Program-made: the position numbers and the translations under genes
Shown here: positions 25,781 through 39,240 of the stretch, piece by piece
Numbering within the stretch: the stretch's first letter is position 1
Layout of the letters: every line of letters begins with the position of its first letter
Notes under the pieces: generated by a model
Seen by the model: only the letters and a program-made list of their open reading frames with translations
The model's database searches: none
What the model was told of the DNA's origin: nothing
From: Vicugna vicugna
Taxonomy: Eukaryota
Reading direction: 5' to 3'
DNA length: 64,000 nucleotides
Assembly: GCA_013265495.1 (NCBI GenBank)
Contig: MU057930.1
Coordinates: 9,599-73,598, forward strand

Positions 25781-28700
25781 TTTCAAGTGCACAAGTCCAC
25801 GCAATTCATGTGGCCAAGAAGAGGGAGAAGGGCCCACGTAGGGAGGCACCGTGGCCTTCGGGGAGGAAAGGAAAGAGACAAGGCAGGCAGGCAGACATCA
25901 AGAGACCAGGAGGCAGAGAAGGTGGTCCCAAGACAGAGCAGAATCATGGCAGCACAGACTGGGAGCTGTGGAAAAGTGGGGAAGCCAATAGCCGGGATGC
26001 CCAAGGGAGATGGTGGGACCACTGGCAGGAAGCACATCCCGAGGGCGTTCGGACATGCTTGTAAGTCGGTGTCATCAGTAGCCAGTTGCAAAGGATGGAG
26101 TTGAGATCCGACAGCATGGAGTTGTGAGTTTGGTAAAAAGGAGAGCATCATCTTTGTTGGACAGCAAACTACAGTCGTACACATGGATTTAGTTTAGAGA
26201 TGATGGAGAAATGCTGGCCTGTTAAAATGATTAGGTCGGGGGGTGGATTTCCAAAAGAGGTCCTCCGTCTTATGCTATGGCTGTCGCGTTATTTGTAAAG
26301 AGTTAAGACACCTTCTTCCAGTCACGTCAGGAGTTCACCCCACCAGGAAGCCACCGACTGTGATGAGGGGGGACCCACGCACGGGAGCGTCTTACAAAAA
26401 TAAAGATGAGCCCCAGACGATGAGGTCGCCCTGAGCTGCCAAAGATCTGACAGCCAGCCCCCTGTCAGGGACTTCTCGTGGGTTTCTCCTTGCTTTGCAA
26501 AAGCTTACTTGAGCTTTCGGGAAAATCTGCTTATCGCAAAAGGAACGGCGACACTGGGCTGGCGGAGGAGAAACGGAGCCACGACGTTTGATGGAAAAGT
26601 GCATGAGAATGAGGCTAAGCAGGCTGGCCGCGCACACGCCCGCTAGATCACTGCGGGAAACACCAAAGGAGCGGAGACACGGGCGCTTTTCTCAGTAACG
26701 AAGGGCGAGCACGGAACACTCTTGCCCTTAGTAGCTGCGAAAGGGGGTTCGGTTCCTCAGCTGAGCTGGAATGGCCGGTTCCTTCTTGGGTTTTAGGAAG
26801 CGTGTTGCAATCACCCCGTGGACCCGTGAGTCTGTCTAGTTCTAACAGCACAGAGCTGGGTGCAAATATATGTGAGGCGGCTGTGGTTTCTTTTTTAGTT
26901 TATTTTGTACAATGGCAGACTCCCTCTGGCCAAAGACGAATTCAGTGAGGTAAGGCCTTTGACCACTGTGAACCGTTCCGATTTCTGCCCTAGCCTGAGG
27001 CTTTTAAGATCGAGAGGCAAATACTCTCAGGACACCCTCGATGGTGCCAAACATCATGAGGTCTTGTCCCAGCTAGAAACCCACGTCTCAGACCAGCCAT
27101 GCCTCTCAACATGCAGTTTAACATCATTAAAAAAAAAATTGAAACTTAAAAGTCTCATTCCCAGACTGGGAGCTAGCCAGAGAGAGCAGCAGAGACACTC
27201 TTGGGCCCAACCCATGGTCACAAATTCCCCAGCTGTCTACACCTTCAGGGTGTTCTCTTGTGTAGACATTCCCCTTTTCCCCCCGAGTTCTTGATAACTG
27301 CCCTCTCCAAGTCTTGAGTCCTCACATAACCACGTGTTTCCTTTTTCCCCCCAAATGATCATCAACTCTGAATCTTGTGGACACATCTCTAGAGGCTTCC
27401 TTCACGCCACCGTAACCACTATTTTTTTTAACCACCGTCAGAATTAGACGGTGCTACCTCCGCCGGGGTTGCTGTGTCTCTCATCACTTGGTGACAGAGT
27501 AAATGCCCCAACCCCAGGCAGGTCATCTCCGACAGGCAGTCTGGCCCATCCCTCTCTGTTAATTATGGATTGGATTTGATTCCAATCCATACGGATGGAC
27601 TGATCCATCCATGAGGGCTGGACTTCGATGACCCTTCAAAGGCTGGTAAACGGGGTACAGAGGCGTGAGTCTATCTGGTGTCCTCTTCTCGGGCATCCTG
27701 ACCACAGTGACACCGAGGAATATTTCTGTGAACACAGGGTTGCCTCCTGTCTCTCCAACAGCCAAGGAGTTTCTTGAGAAGCACAGAGAATTTAGAATGT
27801 TCTTTGGTCTTCTAAATGGACATCCCAACCTGGACCCTTTGATAGAACCTCACCGCCAGCTGTCTTAACCTACATAGAAACGGGGAGGTTCTCAGGACGC
27901 ATCTCTCAAATTCTTTGTTTTTTAAGTTCGTGTGTCTGGGAGTCCGTTCTCCTCTGCCATCAGCCTGTGGCAGAGCAGAGCTTCCCACGGGAACCGCGCA
28001 AGGTCGGATTCACTTAGCGTCACCCGGTCGCCCCGGGGAAAGGGGACTCGGTAACCATCAGCTGCCACGGATGGCTAATGGACTCGGGACGCCAGCCTCC
28101 ACGGAGCCAAGTCCCTCCGGGAACCAGCGGGCAGAGCCCGGAGGAGGGAGCCGAGCCCGATCTGGCACGAGGCCGTGGGACGGGGTTAAAGCGAGCCCTG
28201 GGCCGCCCGCAGGACGAGGTCGTGGCCGGTGACGGCTCGGTGCCCGCCAGCCGTGGGGGCTCACAGCCCAGCAGGACTTGTTCTCTGAGCAATCTGGCGG
28301 CTCCCTCCCGCCACGGACATCTGCTTAGTGCGTCCCGGGGGCGAGAAAAGTCAAGTGAGGGGCACTTAAATCTCTACTTCCTTCTCATCTTTGCGGAGGA
28401 AAGGGGAAACGGCTGGGGATACAGGACGCGCGTCTGGCATCCATCACGGAAGGATAAGGGAAGACGGGGCATTTCAGGGAGGGGGGCCACGGGCCTGGCA
28501 TTCGGACAGTCCTTTAGGGGAAGAAAACATTGTGCTGAAACTTCGCTTTCTGAAGCTGCTATGGCGGCATTTCCACAAACCGGGCGTCTTCGAACGATGG
28601 GAAAGGATCGCATCAGAGTTTGGAGCACACCAGGCTGGGAGCGCGGGGTGGGCAGGGCTCCTCGTGACGGCCGGTGGGGGGGGATCCGTCCCACGGCCCC

Positions 28701-29599
28701 CTCCCACCTCCCGGGGGTCCCGGGCGTTCGCGGGCTCCCACACGGGGCATGTCCACCTCTGCCTCTGTTTCCACATGACGTCTGTGTGCACACTCCTGTC
28801 CGTCTGTGCTGAGGACACGAGCCACTGCCCTCAGGCTCTGCGCGAGTGCAAGACGACCTCGTGTGGAGGTTCTTCACCTCACTACCTGTGCAAAGACCCC
28901 CTTTTTTGGGGGAACAAAGCCACAATTCCCAGGGAGCAGGGGTTACAGTGCAGATCTATCTCTTGGAGGGACAACAATCCAAAGCACTACCGACGTGGAG
29001 CAGAGAAGGAATGCAAGGGGACGGAGGAAGAAACGGGAAAATCCATCAACCCAGGACCCTGTGAGTTCCCCCGGAAGGAACCCAAGAGAAGTGAGGCCTC
29101 CTGGACATTTATAAGCCCTCCAGAGGGCTGGGTTATCAATGATTCTAAGACCCTCCCGGCTTGACGTACGGCCAGGGCTTCGGAGTGTGTCCATTATTAG
29201 AGCAGGACCAGCATTTTATTTTTATTTTACATTTAATATTGGTTTATTCGGAAGCCTAATAAAGGAGACAAAGGCATCTTCGAGGGAAAAATGACGAAAA
29301 GCTTGTCTTTAAAAAGACAGATGTGAAATTCAGTGCTAAAATGTTTCGAAAGCCCCCATCAAATCACTTTGTAGGAAAAGCCTGATTTCCCACATCAGCC
29401 TAAGACACAGAAAGCCTGAATAAATAAAAAAATTCATATACAAAATGCTAAAGGTTAAGCAAAGAACTTCTCCTAAAAGAACGCTAGGCTTCGACAGCTT
29501 AATGCATGAAGTAGTAAAACCATCAGAAACCCAGATAAGGAAATCTTATAATATTATAAAGTCCCAGAGCATTAAAAAAAAAGATAGACTATTTTAGGA

Positions 29600-29710
29600 A
29601 ACACTTTTTTTCTTTTCTTTTTCTTTTCTCTTTCTTTTTCTCTTTTCTTTTCCTTTTTTCTTTTTCTTTTTTTTTTTCTATTTTTTCTTTTCCTTTTCTT
29701 TTTTTTCTTT
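29600..29710. repeat. (TTTTC)n pyrimidine tract
   Basis: Seen directly. Confidence 0.9.
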
Positions 29711-30659
29711 AAAAAACCTGGACCAATCAGTGTGGACCCCACGTCAAAGGAATTCATGAAAAAGGCCCAGGAAGCGATTCTCTTTTTTAGGACCATGGGG
29801 GAAAAGTCCTCCGCAACCCTAGAGCCGAGCGTCTCACTTTATGAAAAAAGAAAGAAAAAGGGGGGCGTGCAACAGAAGAGGAGTCTTAATCAAAATGCAC
29901 TTCCTACTTGCTGTATTTCTGATGCGTTGACATCTGGGGTCCTGCTGACCTGGGACGGACTGTCTGGCCCAGGACTGGACAGCCCTTACCCATAGCAGGA
30001 CTCATGTTCCAGACACGAAACGGCCCGTCCGGACCCACGCCACACCAGCCCTGCTGACACCTGGATCTCGGCTGTCCAGCCTCCAGGACGGAGGAACAAA
30101 TGTCTGGGTTTGAAGCCCTCCCAGTCTAGGGTGCTTTGTTATGGCGACCCCAGAAAGTGCGTACACCAACCAAAAGCTACAAAATAAGAAGTAACAAGGA
30201 CCACGGCCAAGCGGACACGTGTCCAGGCGGCGGGAACTTCACTTGCCCCCTCATTGGAAATGTTCATGGCATGGAAGCCTTCAGCCTTCCTTGCCCTGTG
30301 CACAAACAGGGCATCCACCAGGAGCACTGGATTGGACCCTCTGCTTCTTTGCATCTTTACAGACCTCTCCCAGGGACGAACCCACAGCTAATGGCCACAG
30401 ATGGGTGCGGTCCCTTGTCTCACTCTCTCTCGTCTGCTCAGCCTCCACGTGGCCATTGGCTGGGAGGGACCTCAGCGTTGCAGCCTGGGTGGTGGGGACC
30501 TGGTGGGTCTCCAGCTCAGAGCAGTGGCAAAAGGAGGTCTCCCTTTGGCCTCAGTTCCCAGCCGGGCCGGGTTCCCTTGTCCATCATCACGGTCGCCGCC
30601 AGAGGACATCCCAACGTCCAGGACTGAAGTCCTCAGCAGGTTGCAGGCGGGGTGGGGGT

Positions 30660-30860
30660 GGGTGGGTATGGAGTGAGCGTTTCAAGGGGACGCAGTTTCA
30701 GTTTTGCAAGATGAAAAGGAGTCCCGGAGGTTGGATGGTGGTGATGGTTGCAGGATAGTGTGAATATCCTCAAGGCCACAGAACTGGACGCTTAAAAGTG
30801 GGTAAGATGGCAACCTTTACATTACGTTGTTTTACCAGAACTTAAAATAATAATAATAAT
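30660..30860 (+). mobile_element. Old L1 (L1MB-like) 3' end
   Basis: gtttcagttttgcaagatgaaaagg...gatggtggtgatggttgca...ccacagaactggacgcttaaaa. Confidence 0.75.
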
Positions 30861-30994
30861 AAAAAAGGACACTAAGAAAAAGCCACCAACAGGTTCTAAG
30901 TCAGAATGACTAAAGATGGCAGCTCCAGGGCAGCCTGGAGAAATAGGAGCTCTTATCTCAGACCTGGGGCTGCTTTTTGGTTTTTTTGTTGTTG

Positions 30995-31378
30995 TTGTTC
31001 GTTTCGTACAGTTGATTTACAATGTTGTGTTAGTTTCTGGTGTCCAGCACAATGATTCAGTCATACACTTATGTATATGTATTTTTTCAGATCGTTTCCC
31101 ATTATAGGTTATTAGAAGCTACGGAATAGAGTCACCCTGTGCTGCACAGTAGGACCCTGTTGTTTACCTATGTTACATACAGGAGTGTGTACCTGCTCAT
31201 CCCAAACTCCTAATTTATCCCTCCCCCGTCCCCCTTTGGTAACCTTAAGCTTGTTTTCCATGTCTGTGGGTCTCCTTCTGCTTTGTAAATAAGTTCACTT
31301 GTATCATATTTTTAGACGTCAGATATAAGTGATGTCATGGGATATTTGTCTTTCTCTGACTTACTTCACTCCGTTTGA
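30995..31378 (-). mobile_element. Lineage-specific L1 3' UTR
   Basis: gtacagttgatttacaatgttgtgttagtttctggtgtccagc...cccaaactcctaatttatccctccc...gatatttgtctttctctgacttacttcact. Confidence 0.9.
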
Positions 31379-33191
31379 TAACGGAGATGCATTTTGAATC
31401 CACTGTGCCCTCGTCCACAATTCACAAAGCTAAGACAGACCCTGGACACACACAGGACAGAGTGTCCAACAAAAGCGTCTCGTGCAGATGTGCACGGCTG
31501 GTTTCCGCTGGGCACCATGTTGCAGGCTGACCTTCCAAGGACGCACTTGCTCCTTGCAGCTGCTGGGAGATGGAGAATCGTCCATCTGCCTTGTGTTTCC
31601 CGGGTGCTATGCAGAGTGTGTGCCTGGGGAATGTCAAGGTGGCCTCCGTCTCAGAAAAACAAATAGCCTTGCAACAAAAGAATCCCTACGTCTAAGTGCT
31701 GTGCTGCGCGTGGCGTGTCTCGGGGACCCTCACTCACATCGAAAACGATGGTCCGTTTTCGGTCCGGCAGGCTTGTACCTCAGTGTCGCCGTGCAACCGC
31801 TCAGCAGAGCTGGGTGGCTGGGTTACAGCGACAATTAATTTGGCATTTGCGTCTAACAGTGAACAGAACAACGAACAGAAGGCCCGTTTCTTCCCTCATT
31901 TTTCTAGAAGTGCCTGCATCATCTCGGGGCTTGGGAGCTTCATTAGGATCTGAGCCTCGGACGCACCCCTTACGGACGGAGAGGACCGGGGGACGGGAGG
32001 GTACCGTTCAGCAGAGTCTGCCCCGCGGTCTGGTCCCCTCCTAATGAAGGTGGGTGTCGGAGCTCAGGCAGCAGAAGCTCCAGGCGACAGGATCAAACAG
32101 ACAAAAGCTGACGCACCGCCGTGTGCAGACTGCCTCTCCGGACCCCTCCTCGGATTAAAGGCAGCGCTGTCAGCGGCGTGAGCGAGCTTTGAATAAAGAG
32201 CAGGATGAAATCTTTTTTTTCCATCCCAATGCTTTCCAGCGCATGGAACACAGTACCCGCTCCCCACTGGGACTCCTCTCGGGTTTAATTCTCCGCGATG
32301 CTGAAAATCTGAGCTGGTCACCGGCAGGCTGAGTCTGCATCCGCCGGCTCAGGCGGTGGCGAGCGTGATGGTGTTGATGGTGGCGGTGGCGATGATGAGG
32401 ATGATGACAGCCAAGAACGCAACAGATCTGGGTCCTTTACCGTCTGTGTGGTCCTCACAGACTTAAGCGTTCTGCATCCTTTCTGTGATTCTATCTTATC
32501 AATAAGACCGAGCTTGATCGTCCTCACGCTGCAAACGGTACCTCACTCCTCGCACACGTGATTCTCTCTCATCAATTTGTTCTTTTCCCCATAATCCAGC
32601 ACTTTATGTATTATTTTTATGATTATCTGTAATTATTAGGCTCCTTGCTCAGCACCCTCTGTGAGTCCTAAGCAAAATGAGGGCGGTGGGGGGGTTGTGT
32701 CGGATGGCTCGTTCACAGATGTCACCCCGGCTAAGCACACATTGGATGCTCAGTGAACCCTTGATGACTTGGACCTTCCAGAAGCCCCTTCGAGGTGGTA
32801 AAGTTATAGTTCCCGCCCACCAGATGAGGAAAGAGAATGAGAAAGAAGTTGCGACGGTAGAAAGACAGTATGAAAATGGGAGCCCCAACCCCCAGGTGTC
32901 TGTGTCCTCTTGATCTTTATCTGCGATGCTTGTGGAGCATCAGAGTCAGCGGTCATGATGGTTTGGGGGTGAACACACTCTCCACCCACCTTTCAGGGTC
33001 ACCTACATGCCAGTAGGTCCAGACAGCAAGCAGCACCGTCCAGGCTCTCTTGCAACTGAAATGCTGACAACGACAAGCTAACAAGAAGCTGTCCCAGGAA
33101 CTCTGGACAAAGATCAAGGCGGACGCCATGTGTCTGCTGCCACCGTGGGGATCTTTCACTTTCAAGGCAAATGCCAAGAAGCATTTGAAGA

Positions 33192-33382
33192 GGGAAGAGG
33201 GTATAGCTCACGTGGTAGAGTGCCTGCTTAGCATGCACGAGGTCCTGGGTTCAATCCCCAGCACCTCCACTACAAAGATACTATCTATAAATAAATAAAT
33301 TACCGCCCCAAATAAGTAAATAGATTTTAAAAAATGGGCATATTAAGAAACACAAAAAAGATGAGCTTAAAAGACTTACAAA
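33192..33382 (+). mobile_element. tRNA-Ala-derived camelid SINE with TSD
   Basis: gagggtatagctcacgtggtagagtgcctgcttagcatgcacgaggtcctgggttcaatccccagc; TSD aagaagcatttg at 33176-33187 and 33383-33394. Confidence 0.92.
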
Positions 33383-33409
33383 AAGAAGCATTTGGAGAAG
33401 GATTTGAAA

Positions 33410-34195
33410 AGATCTTTGACATCGTTAGCCCTCAGGGAAACGCATGAAGCCACCCCCAGTGAGACACCATCACACACACACACACCCCTGCCCAGGATGG
33501 CTTTGATTAAAAAGAAAAGGTAACAAGAAGTGTTGGGGAGGATGTGGAGAAAGGAGAATCTGCAGACGCTGCTGGTACACACGAAAAAAGGTGCAGCCAC
33601 TTTGATATGTTGTAGCTTCCTTTTTAAAAAGGGAACAATGAGTCACATGGGACTCAGCCATCCCACGCCTCACTCCTACGCACCTACCCAAAAGAACCAA
33701 ACGCCGGGGTTCAGACAAAACCTCGTGCACGCCTCTTCACGGCAGCACCATCCACAGCCGCCCGAAGATGCGCGCAGCCCCGGCGCCCATCCGCGGGTGA
33801 TGGATCAACAGAACACGGTCCCTGCGCACCATGGACCCTCATTCGGCCACAAAAGAGAACAAAGTACAGGTTTGTCCTACGACATGGATGAGTATCGAAG
33901 ACACTCGGCTACGTGAGAGGAACCAGTCACAGAGGGCTCCAGAGGGCACGGTTCCACCCACATGCAAGTCTAGGATGGGCGACTCCACAGAGACCAAAAC
34001 TAGAGCGGCGGTGCCAGGGGCTGGGAGAAACGGGGAGGGGGGTGGTGATGCGGATAGGGTTTCTTTGTGGGGTGGGGACGACGTTCTGCAAATAACCAAA
34101 GAATGGTTTTACAACTTTGTCAATATACTCAAAACCCACTGGAACGGTCCATTTGTAGAGACTGACTTCTACGACACGTGGATTACCATCTTTAT
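33410..34195 (+). mobile_element. Old L1 (L1MB/MC-like) 3' end, strongly GC-shifted
   Basis: aagtgttggggaggatgtggagaaagg...aaggtgcagccactttg...gacatggatgagtatcgaagacact...gggtttctttgtggggtggg, collinear with L1M 3' ends. Confidence 0.75.
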
Positions 34196-36089
34196 AAACA
34201 TACACACACATGCTGCCATAAATTTCTTCTGCCTTCCTCGGGCTCAGAGAGACCCAGTTCCCTGTAACCGAGCGCTGGCCAGTGAGCGCTTTCTTCTCTC
34301 TCCTCCGTAATGGGCCGCCACCGAAGCGCATGCATCAGATAAAACAGCCTCCCGTCTGACAAGGCCCCCAGCCCGGCAATCAGACTTCCCCCAGGAGGCC
34401 CACACGGACAGGGCACGGACCCACGTGGTCGCGGAACCATCTCAGAAGCTCACCGGCCGTCCGTTTCATTTCGTCATGTGAACCTATTATGCGCCACGAC
34501 TTAGGCTGAATCACACGTAAAAATTCCCACAACACAGCTTTCCCACGAGAATGCAAAATCCATTTCTCTAAGGAAACCGGGAGTGGAGATTAAGCCAGTT
34601 CAGCACATTTCGGGGCCCTGCAAATGGACGGAAGCAGAATCTGTTTGTGTTCGGAGAGACAGAGCTATGTGGTTTCCCTGCAGAAATGAAACCTGTTCCT
34701 CGGAAGCAGACGGGCAGACGACGGTCCGGGAGAGCCCACGGCTGTCAGATCGCCACCGCTGTTCGCAGCGTTTCCAAAAACCTCCTCACAGTCCGTCAGC
34801 ACATGTGGGCGCGATCCTTCTTCTTTGAATAGAATGTCATCTGGTTTCCTTGCAAACGCGGACCCTTGCATCATGATGAAGACATGTCAGCATTTTCAAA
34901 AGGGACGAGAAAGCCTTTATTCAAAGCCAAGGATTATTTCCGAAACTCTCTTCCAACTCCTTTATCTTTCACTGATGTCCAGATCCCTCACGATATAGAA
35001 ATTCTCCTTTTAATCTCTTGTCAAATCAGCACGGTAAGCTGATTTTTTTTTTAAAAAAAAAAGCTAACAAAATACTCAGTCCTAAGAAACTTAATTGCCC
35101 TGCAAGGTAGCCTGGCTGGGGAGATTCTTCGGTCCTGGGGGGCTGATACAAGAAAAGTGTGACCAGGCCATTGCTCCAGGTTGAGATCAACTGCTAGTTA
35201 GCAAAACTGTGGACTGGAAGCGAAAGGAAAGATTAACCGAAGGTAGATGGGATGGAGAGGCACAGACTCACCCAGTAGGGAGGGTGGGACCTGACTCAGC
35301 GCGGGGGGATCCTAGCTTCGGGCAGAGGGTTCTCCGAAGAAAGATGCAAAATCACAAGTGCACACAGCACAGCGTCTGCTGTCTCCCGAGCCTGTGAACA
35401 TTCTGGCGAAACAAATGAAGACAGTTACTTTAGACATTTGATGGAACCTGGTAGCTTCGACCGTCCGCCATCTGCTTAAGGAATGGAACATGTTTGAGTC
35501 GCTGGACCCGAAGACCGCAGGGCTGATCAGCAGAGGTCGACATGAACGGATCGTTTTAGGAAACCACCGGCCATCGCCTGATGACCCCGGTGAGCGTCGG
35601 TCCCATCTCCGATACGGCGGACAAGTGGGACAAGGAGGGATAAACAGGGAGAGCTTTCTGAAGATGTGATCTTGTATTCAAAAACACGTTGTGTTTCACT
35701 CCATTTTGCTCAGAGTAGTTTCAGTTTTTCGCTCTGATATCAAACCCGACAGCCGCCTACTCTTCAAATTGAACTTCGTGGTCTCTGCCAGACGAGCCAT
35801 TGTTTCACTCAACCCCGTCAAGACCCTAATAGGCGTACATTGTGCCCACTTTCCCAGTGGACATTGCCCTTGCGTCCTTCTGACATTGACGGCACAGTAG
35901 GATTCAAATCTGGGTGTCTAGATGCCTAACCTGGGCTTCTTCAACAGGATGCTGCCCCGACCACAAGCCTCTCTTCGTCCAGAAGACTCTCCTTTGAGGG
36001 GTCCCGCCCTGCACTACTTAAAATAGACAAAAAATGCTGACTCATCCGATATGAGACACAAACACATATACATGCATATAAACCAACGC

Positions 36090-36530
36090 ATGTATTGACT
36101 TCCAGGGGTGGACATGACAACTGACCCCAAATTGGGAGGCTAAAAACCACAGGCACCCGCTCTCCCTCCATCCTAGGGACCAGATGTCTGGGTTCAGGGT
36201 GTCCCAGGGCCACGCTCCCTCTGGAGGCTCCAGGGGAAGGTCCCTCCTGCCTCTTTCAGCTTCTGGGGGCTCCAGGCGTCCATCCCTGGGCTGGTGGCCA
36301 CCTCCCTCCCATCTCTGCCTGCGTCTCCATGTGGCTTCTCCTCTGTGTGTCTCTCCTCTTCTGTCTCTTCTACGGACACTGTCCTTGGATGCAGGGCCAC
36401 CTCCTCCAGGAAGACCTCCTCTCAGGTCCTTCACGTCATCCCATCTGTGGAGACTCCATTTCCAGATAACACTCTATCATAAGTACCAGCAGTTAGAATA
36501 CGGACTTGTGAGATGCCATTCAAATCACTA
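36090..36530 (-). mobile_element. MaLR LTR (MLT1C-like), homogenised copy 2
   Basis: Core roughly 90% identical by eye to 4446-4740; outer end diverged. Confidence 0.85.
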
Positions 36531-36999
36531 CTATATATATATATATTTTTTATATATTTATATATATATATATATAAAACTTATAGACGTATACTGTATC
36601 TGCATATATATGCACACACACAATATAATATGTGCACAGAATAAATCAATAAATATATATTTCATATATACTTTTTTGCTGAAAACATTTTCAGGGACAT
36701 TTTATATCCATTAGTTGTGGTAAGCATGAACTGGGCGTCTGGATCTTTTCATCTGAACTCTGTATGTGTCGATGTGTGTGACTGTTATAAGTAAAATGAT
36801 AAAGGAGTTTAGCTGCAATGAACATAATTCTACCTTCTGTAGAAAATGAACATTAAGCCATTGCTAAGCTTCGTTTTGCTACTGTATGGTCACATTTTGC
36901 AGGAAATAGGACTTTTTTGGGTCTCAAGCATCCATCACCATCCCCAGTGCTCCACAATGCAACCTAATACCTTTCACTCCAGGGCACACTTAGAACAGG

Positions 37000-37370
37000 A
37001 TGATGGTTAATTTTATGTGTCAGATTGGCTACGCTGCGGCATCCAGTTTTTTCATCTACTCCTAGTTTAGATGTGGCTGTAAAGGCTTTTTTTTTTAATT
37101 TTAAGATGAGATGAACATTTAAATCAGTAGAAGTTAAGTAAAGCTGACTGCCCTCCCTAATGGAGGTGGGCCGCATCTAATCAGTTGAAGGATTTAAGAG
37201 AAAAAGACTGAGGTTCCCTTCAGAAGAAGGAACTCTTGACTCCAGATGCTCTTCAGACTCAAATGACAGCATCAACTCTTCCCTGGGTCTCAACTTGCTG
37301 GTCTCAGCCTAAAGATTCTGAACTTGCCCATCTGTACAATCATGTTAGTCAAATCCTTAAAATTATCTGT
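37000..37370 (+). mobile_element. ERVL LTR (MLT2-like)
   Basis: tgatggttaattttatgtgtcag...gtgggccgcatctaatcagttgaagg...caactcttccctgggtctc. Confidence 0.85.
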
Positions 37371-37635
37371 TTGTCTGTCTATCTATCTATCTATCTATCT
37401 ATCCATCCATTATCTCTCTCTCCACCCATTCATCCAACCATCTATCCATCCATCTACCGTCCTGTGTCTGTCTCTATCTATCCATCCATTCAATCATACA
37501 TCTAATCTGTCTATCCATCCGTCCATCCATCTATATATCCATTGTATCTATCTATCCATCCATCCATCTTTTCTATCTATCTTTTGTCTATCTATCCATC
37601 CATCCATCCATCCATCCTATCTATCTATCTCTCTC
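37370..37635. repeat. (TCTA/TCCA)n array
   Basis: Seen directly, at the low-complexity site of the MLT2. Confidence 0.9.
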
Positions 37636-38954
37636 TGCAGACCAGAGACGGTGCCTGCAGCGGTCTGTATATCGAGGTTCTGCTTCTCTTCTTCTTCCCG
37701 CTATTCTTACCTGTAAGTGACAGCCCTCCCTGCCTCTCTGCCTCGTCTGGGGGAGGGGGCACCAAGGAAGGGCAGCCAGGCTGTGAAGCTTCAGAGGAAA
37801 ACAGAATCGGTGGCAGGCAATAATAACCTCACTGATTAGCAGGATGGTCTCAGGACCAGCTGCCAGAGGTGCCTTCAGGGGCCAGACCTCCCTCTTCTGA
37901 AGATCAATGGAGAAAAATCCACCTCCACTGACCCCACATTAGCTCCTCTCCCCAGAGACCCGGGGGGAAGGGGGCGGTACCGTGTGACCCACTGCCCCCA
38001 AACCCCTCCCTCCCCGCCAGTCGCGGGCCTCCGGGCTTCCTGGGGTAACGCGTTCCCGCTGAACCACTTTAACCTCGGGAGAAATGAAAATGACTTGAGT
38101 GCCAATGTGGAGCCCTTCAATAAGGACGAAATTCAGTCAGTAAACTCCAAAGGCAGATGCATTTTTCTCTCTGAACAGGAGCCGGGAGCTCGATGAGCCC
38201 TGGCGGGACGGGGCTCGGTGGCTGGAAACGTTCTGCGGAGGGAGACTTCGTCACAGCTGAGGTCGCCGCCACCTGCACGCCCGCCCGTGCCCACAAAGAA
38301 TTCTCGCCGCGCAAGAGCAGCTTTGCCTGCATGGTTCTGCATGTATTTGGGGGTTTCTGTTCTTCTGAGTCTTCCTTAGTGATGCACGACGTTATCCACA
38401 TCTTGACCCATTTCTTGCCCCATGAATCCTTCACCGTCATCATTCTTAGCAGTCATGGGAAGGAGGAGAAACAGTGTCTTCTCTCTGCTCTGCAACAGAA
38501 AGCTCCCTCATTTCCCCTGCAGATCGCCGACCACAGGCCCAGGTGGCTGCATCACTCAGTTCCTTTCAGGCAGTCTCTGCCCTGGAAGTTCCTCGGGTGG
38601 GTCACCTGGAGACAGACTCTGAGATGGAGATGATGCCGTATGGATGATGCAGGCAGGACCGCACCTGAGGACACCTGGGGAGGGAGATGCAGGACTGGGC
38701 CAGGGTGAAGCCGGGTGCTGGTACAACAATTGCGTCTGGGCATCTATCCCGTGGGAAGCGCGGGCGCTGGGACAGCCTGCAGGGGAGGCAGGCTGCACCC
38801 GCCCCACCGGACCAGGTGAGGCCTGGAGCCAGGGTGGGAGGAGCCCACAGACCACGGGAAGTTCCTGGTCTGGGGACACGCAGCTCTGAGACTGCAGGGG
38901 TCAATGTTTCCCGCGCTGGACACCTCTATTCTACAGGAACGGGACTGTGCACCC

Positions 38955-39240
38955 AGAAGTGCATGTCTGCAAACGGTGGCACGTGGGCCAATTCCGGCCC
39001 ACGCTTGCTTGTGTAAATAAAGTTTTATTGGGAGGGATAAATTTGGGGGTTTGAGATTTGCAAATGTTAGCTACTATATATAAAAACAGATTAAAAAAAC
39101 ACAAGTTTCTTCTCTACAGCACAGGGAACTATATTCAATATGTTTTAATAGCCTTTAATGAAAGAGAATATGAAAATGAATATTATATATATGTTGGAGA
39201 AAAGACGCCGAGACATTCAACCTCTTCCTATGGTGCGGTT
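38955..39240 (+). mobile_element. MER58A-like fragment interrupted by a short L1 3'-UTR piece (~39031-39192)
   Basis: gggccaattccggcccacg...gtaaataaagttttattgg, then gagggataaatttgggggtttgag...cacagggaactatattcaata. Confidence 0.7.

Noticed and set aside
28078..29164. ORFs of 244 and 257 aa
   Set aside because: GC-rich sequence overlapping a decayed MLT1-like piece, open in several frames, with no recognisable homology.
10925..33382. tRNA-Ala-like sequences at 10925, 12277, 14744, 16949 and 33192
   Set aside because: Degenerate stems, A-rich tails and TSDs identify them as SINEs rather than tRNA genes.
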